DNA of 64,000 nt, from the IMG/VR virus record IMGVR_UViG_3300005239_000039, positions 17,625-81,624 of that record, one strand, 5' to 3'. The number at the start of each line of letters is the position of its first letter. The first letter of the stretch is position 1. Of the stretch, positions 10,595-20,948 are shown in pieces. Both the position numbers and the translations under genes were made by a program. Under the pieces are notes generated by a model. The model had not been told where the DNA came from and did no database searches. It saw nothing but the letters and a program-made list of their open reading frames with translations. The stretch comes from a virus (taxonomy: Duplodnaviria; Caudoviricetes).

Positions 10595-11973
10595 TGGCAA
10601 GAAATCCCTATTTTCTACAAGGATCAAAGCAAGAGCAATATTTGCTTCAAGATCTAATCAATGAGCAATTAAAGATCTATGGGATAGATGTATATTATAT
10701 CCCAAGAAAAATAATTGGCACCGAAACTCTCTCAAGAGAAGTAACGATGTCTAAATTAGATGATAATTTTATCATTGAAGCATATCTCGATAACTATGAG
10801 GGATATGGTGGTAATACTGATATTATGACCAAGTTTGGAATAGAACTTAGAAATGAAATTTCTTTGACTATTTCAAGAGAAAAATTTGATACTTATATTG
10901 TAGAGTTTTTAAAAGACTTAAAAGAACAAGATGCCAGTGAAATCATACTAGATAGCAGACCTAGAGAAGGTGATGTAATATATTTCCCACTTGGTGAAAG
11001 ACTATATGAAATTAAAAATGTTGAGCATGAAAAGCCATTCTTTCAATTAGGTGAAAATTACGTTTATCAATTACAGTGTGAACTTCTTAGACTTGAAGAT
11101 GAGATTATTAATACTGGAGTTGCTGAGATTGATGACGCAGTTATTGATGAAGGATATATTACTACAATAAATCTTACAGGATCTGGTGTAAATGCTACTG
11201 CAACTGCTGGTATTGCGTTGACTGGAGCAGTTAGAAAAATTGAACTTAATAATGATGGATATAACTATACATCAGTTCCAACGGTAGCAATTTCAACTGC
11301 ACCTGTAGGTGGAACAAATGCAACAGCTGTTGCAATAACAACATCCAACTCTATTCTGGAAGTTCTTATTACAAATGCTGGTGCAGGATATACAGTAGTT
11401 CCAACTGTCACATTTAGTGGTGGCGGTGGTATTGGAGCAGCTGCAACAGCAATTCTTGGTGATGGATCTGTTCAAACACTCACCATTACAAACCCTGGAT
11501 CACTTTATGTTACTGCTCCTGTAGTAACTATGGCTGGTTCAGCAAATACATCAATCGGTTCCTCTGCTGAAGTATTCTCCACGATTGGAACTGGTGGAAC
11601 TATTACTGAAATGAAAATTAGAAATGCTGGATTTGGTTATACTGTGGCACCAACCGTAGGTATTTCTACAGCACCATCAATTGGAACTGGAGTCTTTGTT
11701 AGTAATGAAATTGTTACTGGAAGTCTATCTGGCACTACAGCAAGAGTCAAGAAATACGATAAAGATGCCAAGACCCTAGACGTGTACATAAATAGTGGTA
11801 CGTTCACAGCTGGAGAAAATATTGTAGGCGCTACATCTAACGCCACGCATACAGTCTCCGCCTTTAAATCAGATCCTGGAATTCAAATAGAATTCGCTCA
11901 AAATGAAGAGATTGAAGACTTAGCTGATGATATCTTAGACTTCACAGAATCGAATCCCTTCGGTACATACTAA
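10594..11973 (+). CDS. g14: Neck protein gp14 with internal Gly-rich repeat insertion
   Basis: EQYLLQDLINEQLKIYGIDVYYIPR, RPREGDVIYFP, C-term ILDFTESNPFG. Confidence 0.9.
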   Translation: MARNPYFLQGSKQEQYLLQDLINEQLKIYGIDVYYIPRKIIGTETLSREVTMSKLDDNFIIEAYLDNYEGYGGNTDIMTKFGIELRNEISLTISREKFDTYIVEFLKDLKEQDASEIILDSRPREGDVIYFPLGERLYEIKNVEHEKPFFQLGENYVYQLQCELLRLEDEIINTGVAEIDDAVIDEGYITTINLTGSGVNATATAGIALTGAVRKIELNNDGYNYTSVPTVAISTAPVGGTNATAVAITTSNSILEVLITNAGAGYTVVPTVTFSGGGGIGAAATAILGDGSVQTLTITNPGSLYVTAPVVTMAGSANTSIGSSAEVFSTIGTGGTITEMKIRNAGFGYTVAPTVGISTAPSIGTGVFVSNEIVTGSLSGTTARVKKYDKDAKTLDVYINSGTFTAGENIVGATSNATHTVSAFKSDPGIQIEFAQNEEIEDLADDILDFTESNPFGTY

Positions 11974-12770
11974 TGTTAGGAACTTATTACTATCACGAAA
12001 TATTACGAAAGACAATCGTTGCCTTTGGTACTATTTTTAATGATATTCATGTAAGACATACGAGTGATGACTCTGGAACAATTAGTGATATAAAAGTTCC
12101 TTTAGCATATGCACCTCAACAAAAATTTCTTGCAAGGTTAGAACAACAGGCACAACTCGATAGACCAGTTGCGATAACATTGCCAAGAATGTCATTTGAA
12201 ATGTTGGGAATTACATATGATGCATCTAGAAAGTCAAATGTAACTAAAACTTTCAAAGCAGTAGATGGTGAAAATCTAAAGAAAGTATTTCTTCCTGTTC
12301 CTTATAACGTAGAATTTCAGTTATCAATATATTCAAAGTTAAATGAAGACGCTCTACAGATAGTAGAGCAAATTTTACCATACTTCCAACCATCTTTTAA
12401 AGTTAGTGTTGATTTGGTGAATTCAATAGGAGAGAAAAGAGATATTGCAATTACATTAAATAATATCAATATGACTGATGAATACGAAGGGAATTTTCAA
12501 ACCAGAAGAGCTTTAATTTATAATTTAACGTTTACTGCTAACACATATCTATTTGGTCCTATAGCAGAAAGCACTGATGGACTAATTCGTAAGGTTCAAG
12601 TTGATTATCATACTCAAACTGATACAGATTCAGCTAAACGTGAAATGAGATATACCGCTGTTCCTGATCCTATTGATGCCAATCCTGGAGATGACTTTGG
12701 ATTCAGTGAAACCATAGAAATGTTTAGTGATAGTAAGTCATTTAATCCCGCTTCAGGAACTGATTCATAA
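11973..12770 (+). CDS. g15: Tail terminator / sheath stabilizer gp15
   Basis: MLGTYYYHEILRKTIVAFGTIFNDI, VPLAYAPQQKF, LPRMSFE. Confidence 0.9.
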   Translation: MLGTYYYHEILRKTIVAFGTIFNDIHVRHTSDDSGTISDIKVPLAYAPQQKFLARLEQQAQLDRPVAITLPRMSFEMLGITYDASRKSNVTKTFKAVDGENLKKVFLPVPYNVEFQLSIYSKLNEDALQIVEQILPYFQPSFKVSVDLVNSIGEKRDIAITLNNINMTDEYEGNFQTRRALIYNLTFTANTYLFGPIAESTDGLIRKVQVDYHTQTDTDSAKREMRYTAVPDPIDANPGDDFGFSETIEMFSDSKSFNPASGTDS

Positions 12771-12778
12771 TTAATACC

Positions 12779-13192
12779 ATGCCTAAATCATTCGATAAAA
12801 TTAGTGATTCTTTGAATACTGAAACTGATATTATAGATATCACTCCCAAGGAATCTGAAATTATTCCAGTTGTTTCTGATGAAAGAATTGAACAGTCTAA
12901 AAAAGACTATGAATATACAAGAGGGAATCTTTATTCTTTAATTGAAAAAGGTCAAGAAAGTTTAAACGGAATTATGGAATTAGCTCAGGAGTCAGATTCT
13001 CCTAGAGCATATGAAGTTGCTGGACAGATTATAAAAAGTGTTGCAGATACAACTGATAAACTTATAGATCTGCAGAAAAAAATGAAGGAACTAAATAAAG
13101 ATGAGGACTCTGGTCCAAAATCTATTACAAATAATTCATTATTTGTAGGATCTACGGCAGAGTTAGCAAAATTTCTTAAGAGTCAGAAATGA
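12779..13192 (+). CDS. g16: Terminase small subunit gp16
   Basis: DYEYTRGNLYSLIEKG, SPRAYEVAGQIIK, NNSLFVGST. Confidence 0.9.
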   Translation: MPKSFDKISDSLNTETDIIDITPKESEIIPVVSDERIEQSKKDYEYTRGNLYSLIEKGQESLNGIMELAQESDSPRAYEVAGQIIKSVADTTDKLIDLQKKMKELNKDEDSGPKSITNNSLFVGSTAELAKFLKSQK

Positions 13193-14946
13193 ATAGGTTT
13201 TTCAAAGAAGAAATACCGAATATGTCTGTAGGTGATGGTGGTTATTCCTCAGGGGGTGCATCACTTTCTCAAGCTGGTTTTGACTCTAAACTATGGAATT
13301 ATGCTGTCGATCAAGATTTTCAAACACCTGATGAATCTGGATTAAATAAATGGAGATTTTCCAACGTATATCCAGTCTCAAGATTGTCAATGAAAAATGT
13401 TGATAACATGGTCAAATCTTCTAATAGATTTGTAAAAATAATGGATGAAAGGAATCGGGAGCAAGTAATGAACAATTTACAAAGCGGTCTTTCTGAGGAA
13501 ACTGCCAAATGTAAAACTGGTTATTACTATTGCTTTACAGATAAAAAATGTAAGAAGATTCCTATGGGTCTTTACGTTGGTCGCGGTGGTTATCTTTCAA
13601 AAGATAATGACGACAGTGAAAATAAAAAGAAAAATGGTAATGGTAATGGCAACGTTTCTAATGGTAATGGTTCCAATGGTAATGGTGGTGCTGTAAGTGA
13701 AGAAGGGCTACGTGATTGGTTTGGTAAATCTAAATCAAAAGGTGGCAAAGGTGGATGGGTTAATGTTGTAACAGGTGGAACCTGTGCAAGTGACAAACCT
13801 CGGGAAGGAACTCCTAAGTGTGTTTCCTCAGAAAAAAGATCAAGTATGACTAAATCAGAAAGACTTTCTGCCCAAAAAAGAAAGAAAGCAGCAGATCCTG
13901 GCCAACAACAAAAATCTGGTGCAGCAAAACCAACTTACGTTCCTACTGACAAAAAGAAAATGAAGGAAGAAAAACTACTATCAGTTTCAGAAGCAAAAGA
14001 TAAAAAAAGTAAAGGTAGTGGAACAAAAGACGCTTGTTATCATAAGGTCAAGTCTCGTTATTCTGTATGGCCCTCTGCTTATGCTTCTGGTGCTTTGGTA
14101 AAGTGTCGTAAGGCTGGTGCTGCTAACTGGGGTAATAGCACAAAAGAAGAAACAGAGATTGGTGAAGCATGTTGGAAAGGTTATGAGAAGAAAGGCATGA
14201 AGACTATGTTTGGAAAAAGATATCCAAACTGTGTCAAGAAAACTAAGAAAGAAGATGTAAATCTTAGTGATAATCTCAATCTACATGTAGAGGGTATGGG
14301 AAATGTTCGCTATTGCCCTCAGTGTGAAAAGAATGAGACTAGAGAAGAGTGTTCATATGGACCAAAAAACTGGGATATGAATTCAAGTCCTGTTGCTCTT
14401 GGATCAAATACATTTGATATTTCTTCTGTTACTCCATCAAATGAAGAGTATGTTGAAGAAAAATATGAAAGAATTCAAAAAATGGGAAGAACTTATACAA
14501 TGTTTTTTACCTTTAGAGGTCAGTATAAGTCACTTCAATTTTTCTTTCCAACATCAAAGAGACCTTCTAGAGAAGATGTATTAATTCAACTCAGAAAAAT
14601 TTTTCCTGAAGCTGTATTGGTAAATTTCTTTGAAAGAGATCGTATTGAAAGTGAACCGCTTGTAACTGTAGAAGGTGTTAAAAGTTTTGGAAATTTCATG
14701 ACAGAAGGTGCAGCATGGACTAAGAAGTCTGGTAAGAACAAAGAAGGTGGTCTCAATGAAAAAGGACGTAAGTCTTATGAAAAAGAGAACCCTGGTTCTG
14801 ATCTGAAAGCACCTTCTAAGGAAGTAGGTAACAAGAGAAGAGCATCATTCTGTGCAAGGATGAAAGGAATGCGTAAGAGACAAAAACCTTCCAATAACAC
14901 AGGCGATGATCGTCTGTCAAAATCACTAAGAGCCTGGAATTGCTGA
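13189..14946 (+). CDS. Modular basic protein; putative capsid-internal polyprotein
   Basis: 585 aa of short Lys-rich, Cys-paired modules separated by xEE or xxE sites. Inserted between g16 and g17. Confidence 0.75.
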   Translation: MNRFFKEEIPNMSVGDGGYSSGGASLSQAGFDSKLWNYAVDQDFQTPDESGLNKWRFSNVYPVSRLSMKNVDNMVKSSNRFVKIMDERNREQVMNNLQSGLSEETAKCKTGYYYCFTDKKCKKIPMGLYVGRGGYLSKDNDDSENKKKNGNGNGNVSNGNGSNGNGGAVSEEGLRDWFGKSKSKGGKGGWVNVVTGGTCASDKPREGTPKCVSSEKRSSMTKSERLSAQKRKKAADPGQQQKSGAAKPTYVPTDKKKMKEEKLLSVSEAKDKKSKGSGTKDACYHKVKSRYSVWPSAYASGALVKCRKAGAANWGNSTKEETEIGEACWKGYEKKGMKTMFGKRYPNCVKKTKKEDVNLSDNLNLHVEGMGNVRYCPQCEKNETREECSYGPKNWDMNSSPVALGSNTFDISSVTPSNEEYVEEKYERIQKMGRTYTMFFTFRGQYKSLQFFFPTSKRPSREDVLIQLRKIFPEAVLVNFFERDRIESEPLVTVEGVKSFGNFMTEGAAWTKKSGKNKEGGLNEKGRKSYEKENPGSDLKAPSKEVGNKRRASFCARMKGMRKRQKPSNNTGDDRLSKSLRAWNC

Positions 14947-15269
14947 TGAAAAACTTTAAACAATTCATGTCAGAGTCAGTCAATATCTCTGGCGACTTCA
15001 ACGGAAACCTATACATCAACTCTCAAGATCAACAATCTCAAGAGGAAGTTGGTGAGAGTTATGTTGCCGATATCACTTGGCAAAATAGCATATATAGAAT
15101 TGAGATGGTAACAAAGACTGGAATACCATCAAAGCAAGAATTGGCTGAAAAACTTCAGAGTGAATATCCTGGTGCAATGGTACATAACATCTATCCAGTA
15201 GAAGAAAAGAACTTTAATATTAAAAACGCAAAAAGATACCACCCTTCAAAACTGGAATGGATTGACTGA
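14946..15269 (+). CDS. Hypothetical protein with capsid-targeting-like N-terminus (MKNFKQFMSE)
   Basis: ATG overlaps the upstream TGA. 107 aa. Confidence 0.75.
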   Translation: MKNFKQFMSESVNISGDFNGNLYINSQDQQSQEEVGESYVADITWQNSIYRIEMVTKTGIPSKQELAEKLQSEYPGAMVHNIYPVEEKNFNIKNAKRYHPSKLEWID

Positions 15270-15271
15270 TT

Positions 15272-16547
15272 ATGGCACAGTGGAATAAGACTACTCAAGA
15301 CTTCTTGAATCAAGAGAGAAGTCTCTTTGAGGTTTATAATATCGCAGATCACTGGGGAAACCAGACGGACTGGAGACCTCAGTTTTCTAATAATAATAGA
15401 TTAAAGGTTTCTCCATATCAAACAGTCTTCTTCAATACCTTTCAGTACGGCAAAGAAACTGATGTATGGGATGAAAGATTAGTCGGAGTCGGTGCAACTG
15501 CTACCTTTAATGCATCATCCAGTAATGTAGTAATGGAGGTTGGTTCTGCTGCTGGTAGTAGTGTAGTTCGTCAGACCAAGAATGTAATGAGATACATTCC
15601 TGGTAGATCAACTACTCTTACATTTTCAATTCGTCTTGATACTCCGCAAGTTGGTATTCGTAGAAGGTTTGGATTGTTTGACGAGAATAATGGAGCTTAT
15701 TTTGAGGATGATGGTGGAACTTATTCTTATGTAATTCGTAGTAATACGACAGGTATTGTTAGTGAAAGAAGAGTATACAGAGACGATTGAACGGTGAGAG
15801 TTTGATGGTAATGGATATACTGGTGTAACTGCTGATCCAACAAAACAGCAGTTGATTTCCATCAACTATGAGTGGTATGGTTCTGGTCTTGTAGAGTTTG
15901 CATGGTTAATGAAAAATGAGACAATTCCGTCTCATACATTTGAGAACTCAAATACTTTCGATACTGTTTGGTGTTCTACTCCATTCTTACCCATTCGTGT
16001 TCAGATTGAAAATGTAACTGGTGTTGCTGGAACTCATTACATATATCAGGGTTCTAATTCTCTGATTCAAGAAGGTGAACCAGAGAAACTTGGTATTCTT
16101 GAAAGTATTTCTAATCCAATTACTGGTACTACGATGTCAGCAGCAAATACTTTTTATCCAGTTGTAAGTTTAAGATTGAAAGATAGTCAGTTAGCTGCTG
16201 TTGCTCTGATTAGATCTCTACAAGCAGCAACGAATGATAATACTAATATCTATTGGAGATTAATTGAGAACCCAACTCTAACTGGCGCAAGTTGGACAGA
16301 TGATCCAGATCCAAACTCCTTTATGCAGTATGACACAAGTGCTACTGCCATGACTGATGGAAATATTATCTTGAGTGGATTTACAATTTCTGGTGGATCG
16401 GCTCTAACTAATATTGATGAAAAAGCACAACTACAAATTGGTAGAAGTGGTATTGGTACTATAAGTGATATCTACACTCTTGCTTGTGCATCACCTAATA
16501 CTAATAAAAAAGCACTTGGCATATTGAACTGGATTGAACAAAGGTAA
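15272..16547 (+). CDS. Conserved cyanophage protein (about 425 aa) split by two apparent 1-nt deletions near 15789-15800
   Basis: ORFs 15272-15790 and 15852-16547 join as ...RDDWNGEKFDGNGYTGVTADPTKQQLISINYEW if one G (tga>tgg a) and one A (gagag>gagaag) are restored. The frame offset of -2 matches. Confidence 0.7.
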
Positions 16548-16553
16548 TTAATT

Positions 16554-18200
16554 ATGAGTGAAAGCATTTATCTTGGTAATCCTAATCTAAAAAAAGCAAA
16601 TACAAAGATTCAATTTTCTGAAGATGATATTCGGGAATTCTTGAAGTGTAAAAAAGATCCTGTATACTTTGCTAAAAATTATATTAAGATCGTTTCTCTA
16701 GACGAAGGGCTTGTACCATTTAAGATGTACAAGTTCCAAGAGAAACTTGTAAAAAACTTCCATAAGAATAGATTCAACATCTGTAAGATGCCACGTCAGA
16801 CTGGTAAGTCTACAACATGCGTGTCTTATCTACTTCATTATGCCGTCTTTAATGATAATGTTAATATTGCCATCTTAGCAAACAAAGCAGCTACTGCAAA
16901 AGATCTTCTTGGAAGGTTGCAACTTGCATATGAAAATTTACCAAAGTGGATGCAACAGGGTATTGTTTCTTGGAATAAACAATCATTAGAATTGGAGAAT
17001 GGATCTAAAATCATAGCTGCATCTACATCTGCATCTGCTGTTCGTGGTGGTTCTTATAATATTATCTTTCTTGATGAGTTTGCTTTCATTCCAAATCACA
17101 TTGCTGATCAATTCTTTGCCTCTGTTTATCCCACTATCTCGTCTGGTAAAAACACCAAGGTAATTATTGTTTCAACACCACATGGTATGAATCACTTCTA
17201 CCGAATGTGGCATGATGCAGAAAGAAGTAAAAATGAATATATACCAACTGCAGTACACTGGTCTGAAGTTCCTGGAAGGAACGCTAAGTGGAAAGCTCAA
17301 ACTATTTCCAACACATCAGAGCAACAGTTTAAAGTTGAGTTTGAATGCGAGTTCTTAGGATCTGTTGATACTCTTATTGATGTAACTAAACTAAAGAATT
17401 TAGTATATGATGATCCAGTAAAAAGAAATAAAGGATTAGACATTTATCAAGATCCTATAAAGGATCATAATTATATGATGACGGTTGACGTTGCTAGAGG
17501 AGTAGAACGTGACTATTCAGCTTTCATTGTATATGATATAACACAATTTCCATATAGGATAGTTGCAAAATATAGAAATAATGAAATAAAACCGATGGTA
17601 TTTCCAAGTATCATCAAACAAGTTGCAGACGGATATAATCAATCATATGTTTTAGTTGAAGTCAACGATATTGGTGATCAAGTTGCATCTATTCTTTATT
17701 TTGATCTTGAATATGAAAATTTGCTAATGTGTTCTATGAGAGGTAGAGCAGGGCAAGTAGTTGGATCTGGATTTTCTGGCAAAAAATCTCAATTGGGTGT
17801 CAGAATGACATCAGCAGTAAAAAAATTGGGATGTTCTAATTTAAAAACTTTATTGGAAGATGATAAACTCATAACAAATGATTATGATATTATTTCTGAA
17901 CTAACTACGTTTGTTCAAAAGAGACAATCATTTGAAGCTGAAGAAGGATGTAATGATGATCTAGCGATGTGTTTAGTCATATTCTCATGGTTAGTTGCAC
18001 AAGATTATTTCAAAGAAATGACTGATAATGATGTTCGTAAAAGAATTTATGAAGAGCAAAAAAATCAAATCGATCAAGATATGGCTCCGTTTGGTTTTAT
18101 CTCTGATGGTCTAGATGCTGTAAGTGAAGTTGATAATGATGGAGATAGATGGTTTGCCGATGAATATGGTGATAGATCATATATGTGGGATTATAAGTAG
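16554..18200 (+). CDS. g17: Terminase large subunit gp17
   Basis: Walker A region PRQTGKST, Walker B IIFLDEFAF, nuclease motifs TVDVARG and NDDLAM. Confidence 0.95.
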   Translation: MSESIYLGNPNLKKANTKIQFSEDDIREFLKCKKDPVYFAKNYIKIVSLDEGLVPFKMYKFQEKLVKNFHKNRFNICKMPRQTGKSTTCVSYLLHYAVFNDNVNIAILANKAATAKDLLGRLQLAYENLPKWMQQGIVSWNKQSLELENGSKIIAASTSASAVRGGSYNIIFLDEFAFIPNHIADQFFASVYPTISSGKNTKVIIVSTPHGMNHFYRMWHDAERSKNEYIPTAVHWSEVPGRNAKWKAQTISNTSEQQFKVEFECEFLGSVDTLIDVTKLKNLVYDDPVKRNKGLDIYQDPIKDHNYMMTVDVARGVERDYSAFIVYDITQFPYRIVAKYRNNEIKPMVFPSIIKQVADGYNQSYVLVEVNDIGDQVASILYFDLEYENLLMCSMRGRAGQVVGSGFSGKKSQLGVRMTSAVKKLGCSNLKTLLEDDKLITNDYDIISELTTFVQKRQSFEAEEGCNDDLAMCLVIFSWLVAQDYFKEMTDNDVRKRIYEEQKNQIDQDMAPFGFISDGLDAVSEVDNDGDRWFADEYGDRSYMWDYK

Positions 18201-18427
18201 TGGATATTGAAGACTCATTTGAGTTAGAACATCTTCTTTTCAATGAAAGGCAATGTAGATCTTGCTACCAAACAAAAAATTTATTAACTGATTTTTATCT
18301 TACTAGAAAAGATAGAGGATCTTTTCCATCGGCATATTCATACGAATGTAAAGAATGCACTATAAAAAGAATTCAAAAATCTCGAAATAAAAACAAACTT
18401 TCAAAAAACGAATATCCAGACTGGTAG
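18200..18427 (+). CDS. Small Zn-finger protein (CxxC...CxxC), HNH N-terminal-like
   Basis: GTG start overlapping the g17 stop. RQCRSC...YECKEC. Sits between g17 and g18. Confidence 0.65.
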   Translation: MDIEDSFELEHLLFNERQCRSCYQTKNLLTDFYLTRKDRGSFPSAYSYECKECTIKRIQKSRNKNKLSKNEYPDW

Positions 18428-18468
18428 TATGTTCATGCATTGTTTCCCCATGATAGAGGTACTTTTTA

Positions 18469-18475
18469 ATAAATA
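18469..18475 (+). promoter_or_regulatory. Late promoter ATAAATA for g18
   Basis: Upstream of SD AAGGAG and the ATG at 18513. Confidence 0.7.
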
Positions 18476-18512
18476 ACTTTAGATTAATATCGGACACCAA
18501 AAGGAGACATCA

Positions 18513-20930
18513 ATGGCGCTAAATTTAGCATCTCCTGGTATTGTTGTAAGAGAGGTAGATCTTACTTTAGGAAGAGTAGATCCCGTATCTGATAAAGTTG
18601 CTGCTCTTGCAGCACCTTTTGCACAAGGACCAGTAGAAGTTCCAACCCTAATCCAGAATGAATCCGATTTGCTAGCTAACTTTGGCAAATCATATGATGC
18701 TGACAGGCATTATGAAAACTGGATGGTCGCATCTTCATATCTCGCATATGGCGGATCACTAAGGGTCATCAGAGTAGATGACGCAGATATGAAGAACTCT
18801 TTCTTCGGATCTGGTACTGCACCAAAAATTAAAAGTTTAGATCATTATAATGATCTAGGTTACGAAGATAATATTATTCCTGGAATTACTTTCGCATCTA
18901 GAAATCCTGGATCATGGGGTAATGGTTTAAAAGTTGCAATTATTGACTCAGCAGCTGACCAAAGACTTAGTGGAATCGCACTAACTGGCATTACAGTTGG
19001 CATGGGCGTAAGTCAAGTTGTCCCTGCTGGAACTGTTGTTCCTGGAGCTGGATCAACTTCTGTGTTGGATGGTGCATTTAAAGGAATTGTAACTAAAGTA
19101 GGCGCAGACTTTGTTGATGTTAAATTTGTTCAGCATGAGAGTGCTGCTGGAGTAACAACACAAGTCGATTATCAAGAAAACGGAATTTATAGATTCACTG
19201 GTGATGTAAGAATTATTAATTCTTCTGGTGAAGGTGTAACTGGTGGCAATGAAATTTCCTCAACATTAGCATCAGTTGGTCTTTCAACTGGAGTTACTTC
19301 TATTCCCCTTGCAATCAATCCAACAACATCAGATATTGTTGCAAGTGATCTTCTTTCTATTCCTCACCTTGGATATGGTCTAACAGTTACTGGAGTTGGA
19401 ACAACTGCCGTAACAATTAGTTCTTTTGCTGGATTCAGCACATCTGTTGCTGGTCCTGCTAGTGGAACTCTTCCTGTTGGTACTGGAGTAACAGTAGCAC
19501 GTTCTGTTAGATCTAATTCAGCTTCTGATTGGTTTGATCAGCAAAAGATTAGTTATACTGGTGGAGAAATTTTCTGGAATCAAATTTCTGATCGTCCAGG
19601 AACTTCAGAATATGCTGAAAATAGAAATTCTAGATTTGATGAACTTCATCTAGTTGTCATTGACGACGATGGATCACAATCAGGTAATCCTGGAACTATT
19701 CTTGAGAAGCATCTCAGTCTATCTAAAGCAAATGATGCTCAGTTTGAAAGCGGATCCGCATCTTACTATAGATCATATGTTGCTAGTGGTTCTGGTTACT
19801 TCTTCGCTGGTGGACAACCTGATGGAGCTGTAGCAAGTGACTTTAAACTTGCAACTGGGCAAGGATTTACTGCAGTAACAGACATTGCATGGGACCAAAA
19901 CGCTTCTGGAATTTCTTTCGCAGGATTCGGTAACACTACTGCTGCTCTAGCAGGTGGTCTAAACTACAACGGAACAAGTGGTCTATCAACCACAACTTCA
20001 CTTGCAGCAGATATCTCAAGTATTGCTGCTGGATATGACCTTCTAAGCAACCCTGATGAGTACACTGTAGACTTCATCCTTCAAGGATCTGGAAACTACA
20101 CTAAAGAACAATCTCAGGCAATTGGTCTAAAAGTCATCGAAGTTGCAGAGAAGAGAAAGGATGCTGTTGCATTCCTATCACCACACAGAGCTGCCCTATT
20201 CAATGATAGTGCAACTGAAGCGGTTGTAAGACCTGTTGATACAATTACCGATAACGTAATTGGTCACTTTACACCAATCACTTCATCCTCATTTGCAGTG
20301 TTTGATAGTGGTTATAAGTACATGTATGACAGATTCTCTGACAAATTCCGTTATATCCCACTAAATGGAGATACTGCTGGAACTTGTGCAAGAACTGATA
20401 TCAATGATTTCCCTTGGTTCTCACCCGCAGGAACAGAAAGAGGAGCTATCCTAAACGCTGTCAAACTTCCTTATAATCCAGGTAAGGTTCAGAGAGATCG
20501 TCTCTATAGCAATAGAATTAATCCCATAACCTTTATTCCTGGTTCTGGTATTGTTCTATTCGGAGATAAGACTGGATTCGCTAAAGCTTCTGCTTTCGAT
20601 AGAATCAACGTTCGTAGATTGTTTATCTTCCTAGAAAAAGCAATCTCCTCTGTAGCAAGAGATCAACTCTTTGAATTCAACGATGAGATTACCAGAACTA
20701 GTTTTGTTAACTCTGTTGAACCTTTCCTAAGAGAAGTTCAATCCAATCGTGGAATCCAAGATTTCGTTGTTGTATGTGACGAAAGCAACAACACTTCTGC
20801 TGTAATTGATCGTAATGAATTCGTTGCTGATGTGTTCGTCAAACCAGCACGCTCAATCAACTTCGTTGGACTCACCTTCGTGGCAACACGAACTGGTGTG
20901 TCATTTGATGAAGTCATCGGAAACGTTTAA
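18513..20930 (+). CDS. g18: Tail sheath protein gp18
   Basis: MALNLASPGIVVREVDLT, WFSPAG..RG, DRINVRRLF, KPARSINF. Confidence 0.95.
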   Translation: MALNLASPGIVVREVDLTLGRVDPVSDKVAALAAPFAQGPVEVPTLIQNESDLLANFGKSYDADRHYENWMVASSYLAYGGSLRVIRVDDADMKNSFFGSGTAPKIKSLDHYNDLGYEDNIIPGITFASRNPGSWGNGLKVAIIDSAADQRLSGIALTGITVGMGVSQVVPAGTVVPGAGSTSVLDGAFKGIVTKVGADFVDVKFVQHESAAGVTTQVDYQENGIYRFTGDVRIINSSGEGVTGGNEISSTLASVGLSTGVTSIPLAINPTTSDIVASDLLSIPHLGYGLTVTGVGTTAVTISSFAGFSTSVAGPASGTLPVGTGVTVARSVRSNSASDWFDQQKISYTGGEIFWNQISDRPGTSEYAENRNSRFDELHLVVIDDDGSQSGNPGTILEKHLSLSKANDAQFESGSASYYRSYVASGSGYFFAGGQPDGAVASDFKLATGQGFTAVTDIAWDQNASGISFAGFGNTTAALAGGLNYNGTSGLSTTTSLAADISSIAAGYDLLSNPDEYTVDFILQGSGNYTKEQSQAIGLKVIEVAEKRKDAVAFLSPHRAALFNDSATEAVVRPVDTITDNVIGHFTPITSSSFAVFDSGYKYMYDRFSDKFRYIPLNGDTAGTCARTDINDFPWFSPAGTERGAILNAVKLPYNPGKVQRDRLYSNRINPITFIPGSGIVLFGDKTGFAKASAFDRINVRRLFIFLEKAISSVARDQLFEFNDEITRTSFVNSVEPFLREVQSNRGIQDFVVVCDESNNTSAVIDRNEFVADVFVKPARSINFVGLTFVATRTGVSFDEVIGNV

Positions 20931-20948
20931 TTAGGGGTCTAAACCAAA

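Noticed and set aside
13633-13689. AATGGT tandem repeats
   Set aside because: They encode an Asn-Gly linker inside a CDS; not a CRISPR array or a mobile repeat.
15788-15790. TGA-to-Trp stop-codon reassignment (TGA where Trp is expected; TGA stops also near 32610, 40227 and 40262)
   Set aside because: The reading frame also shifts at each site, and many intact genes end in TGA. Single-base deletions explain the data.
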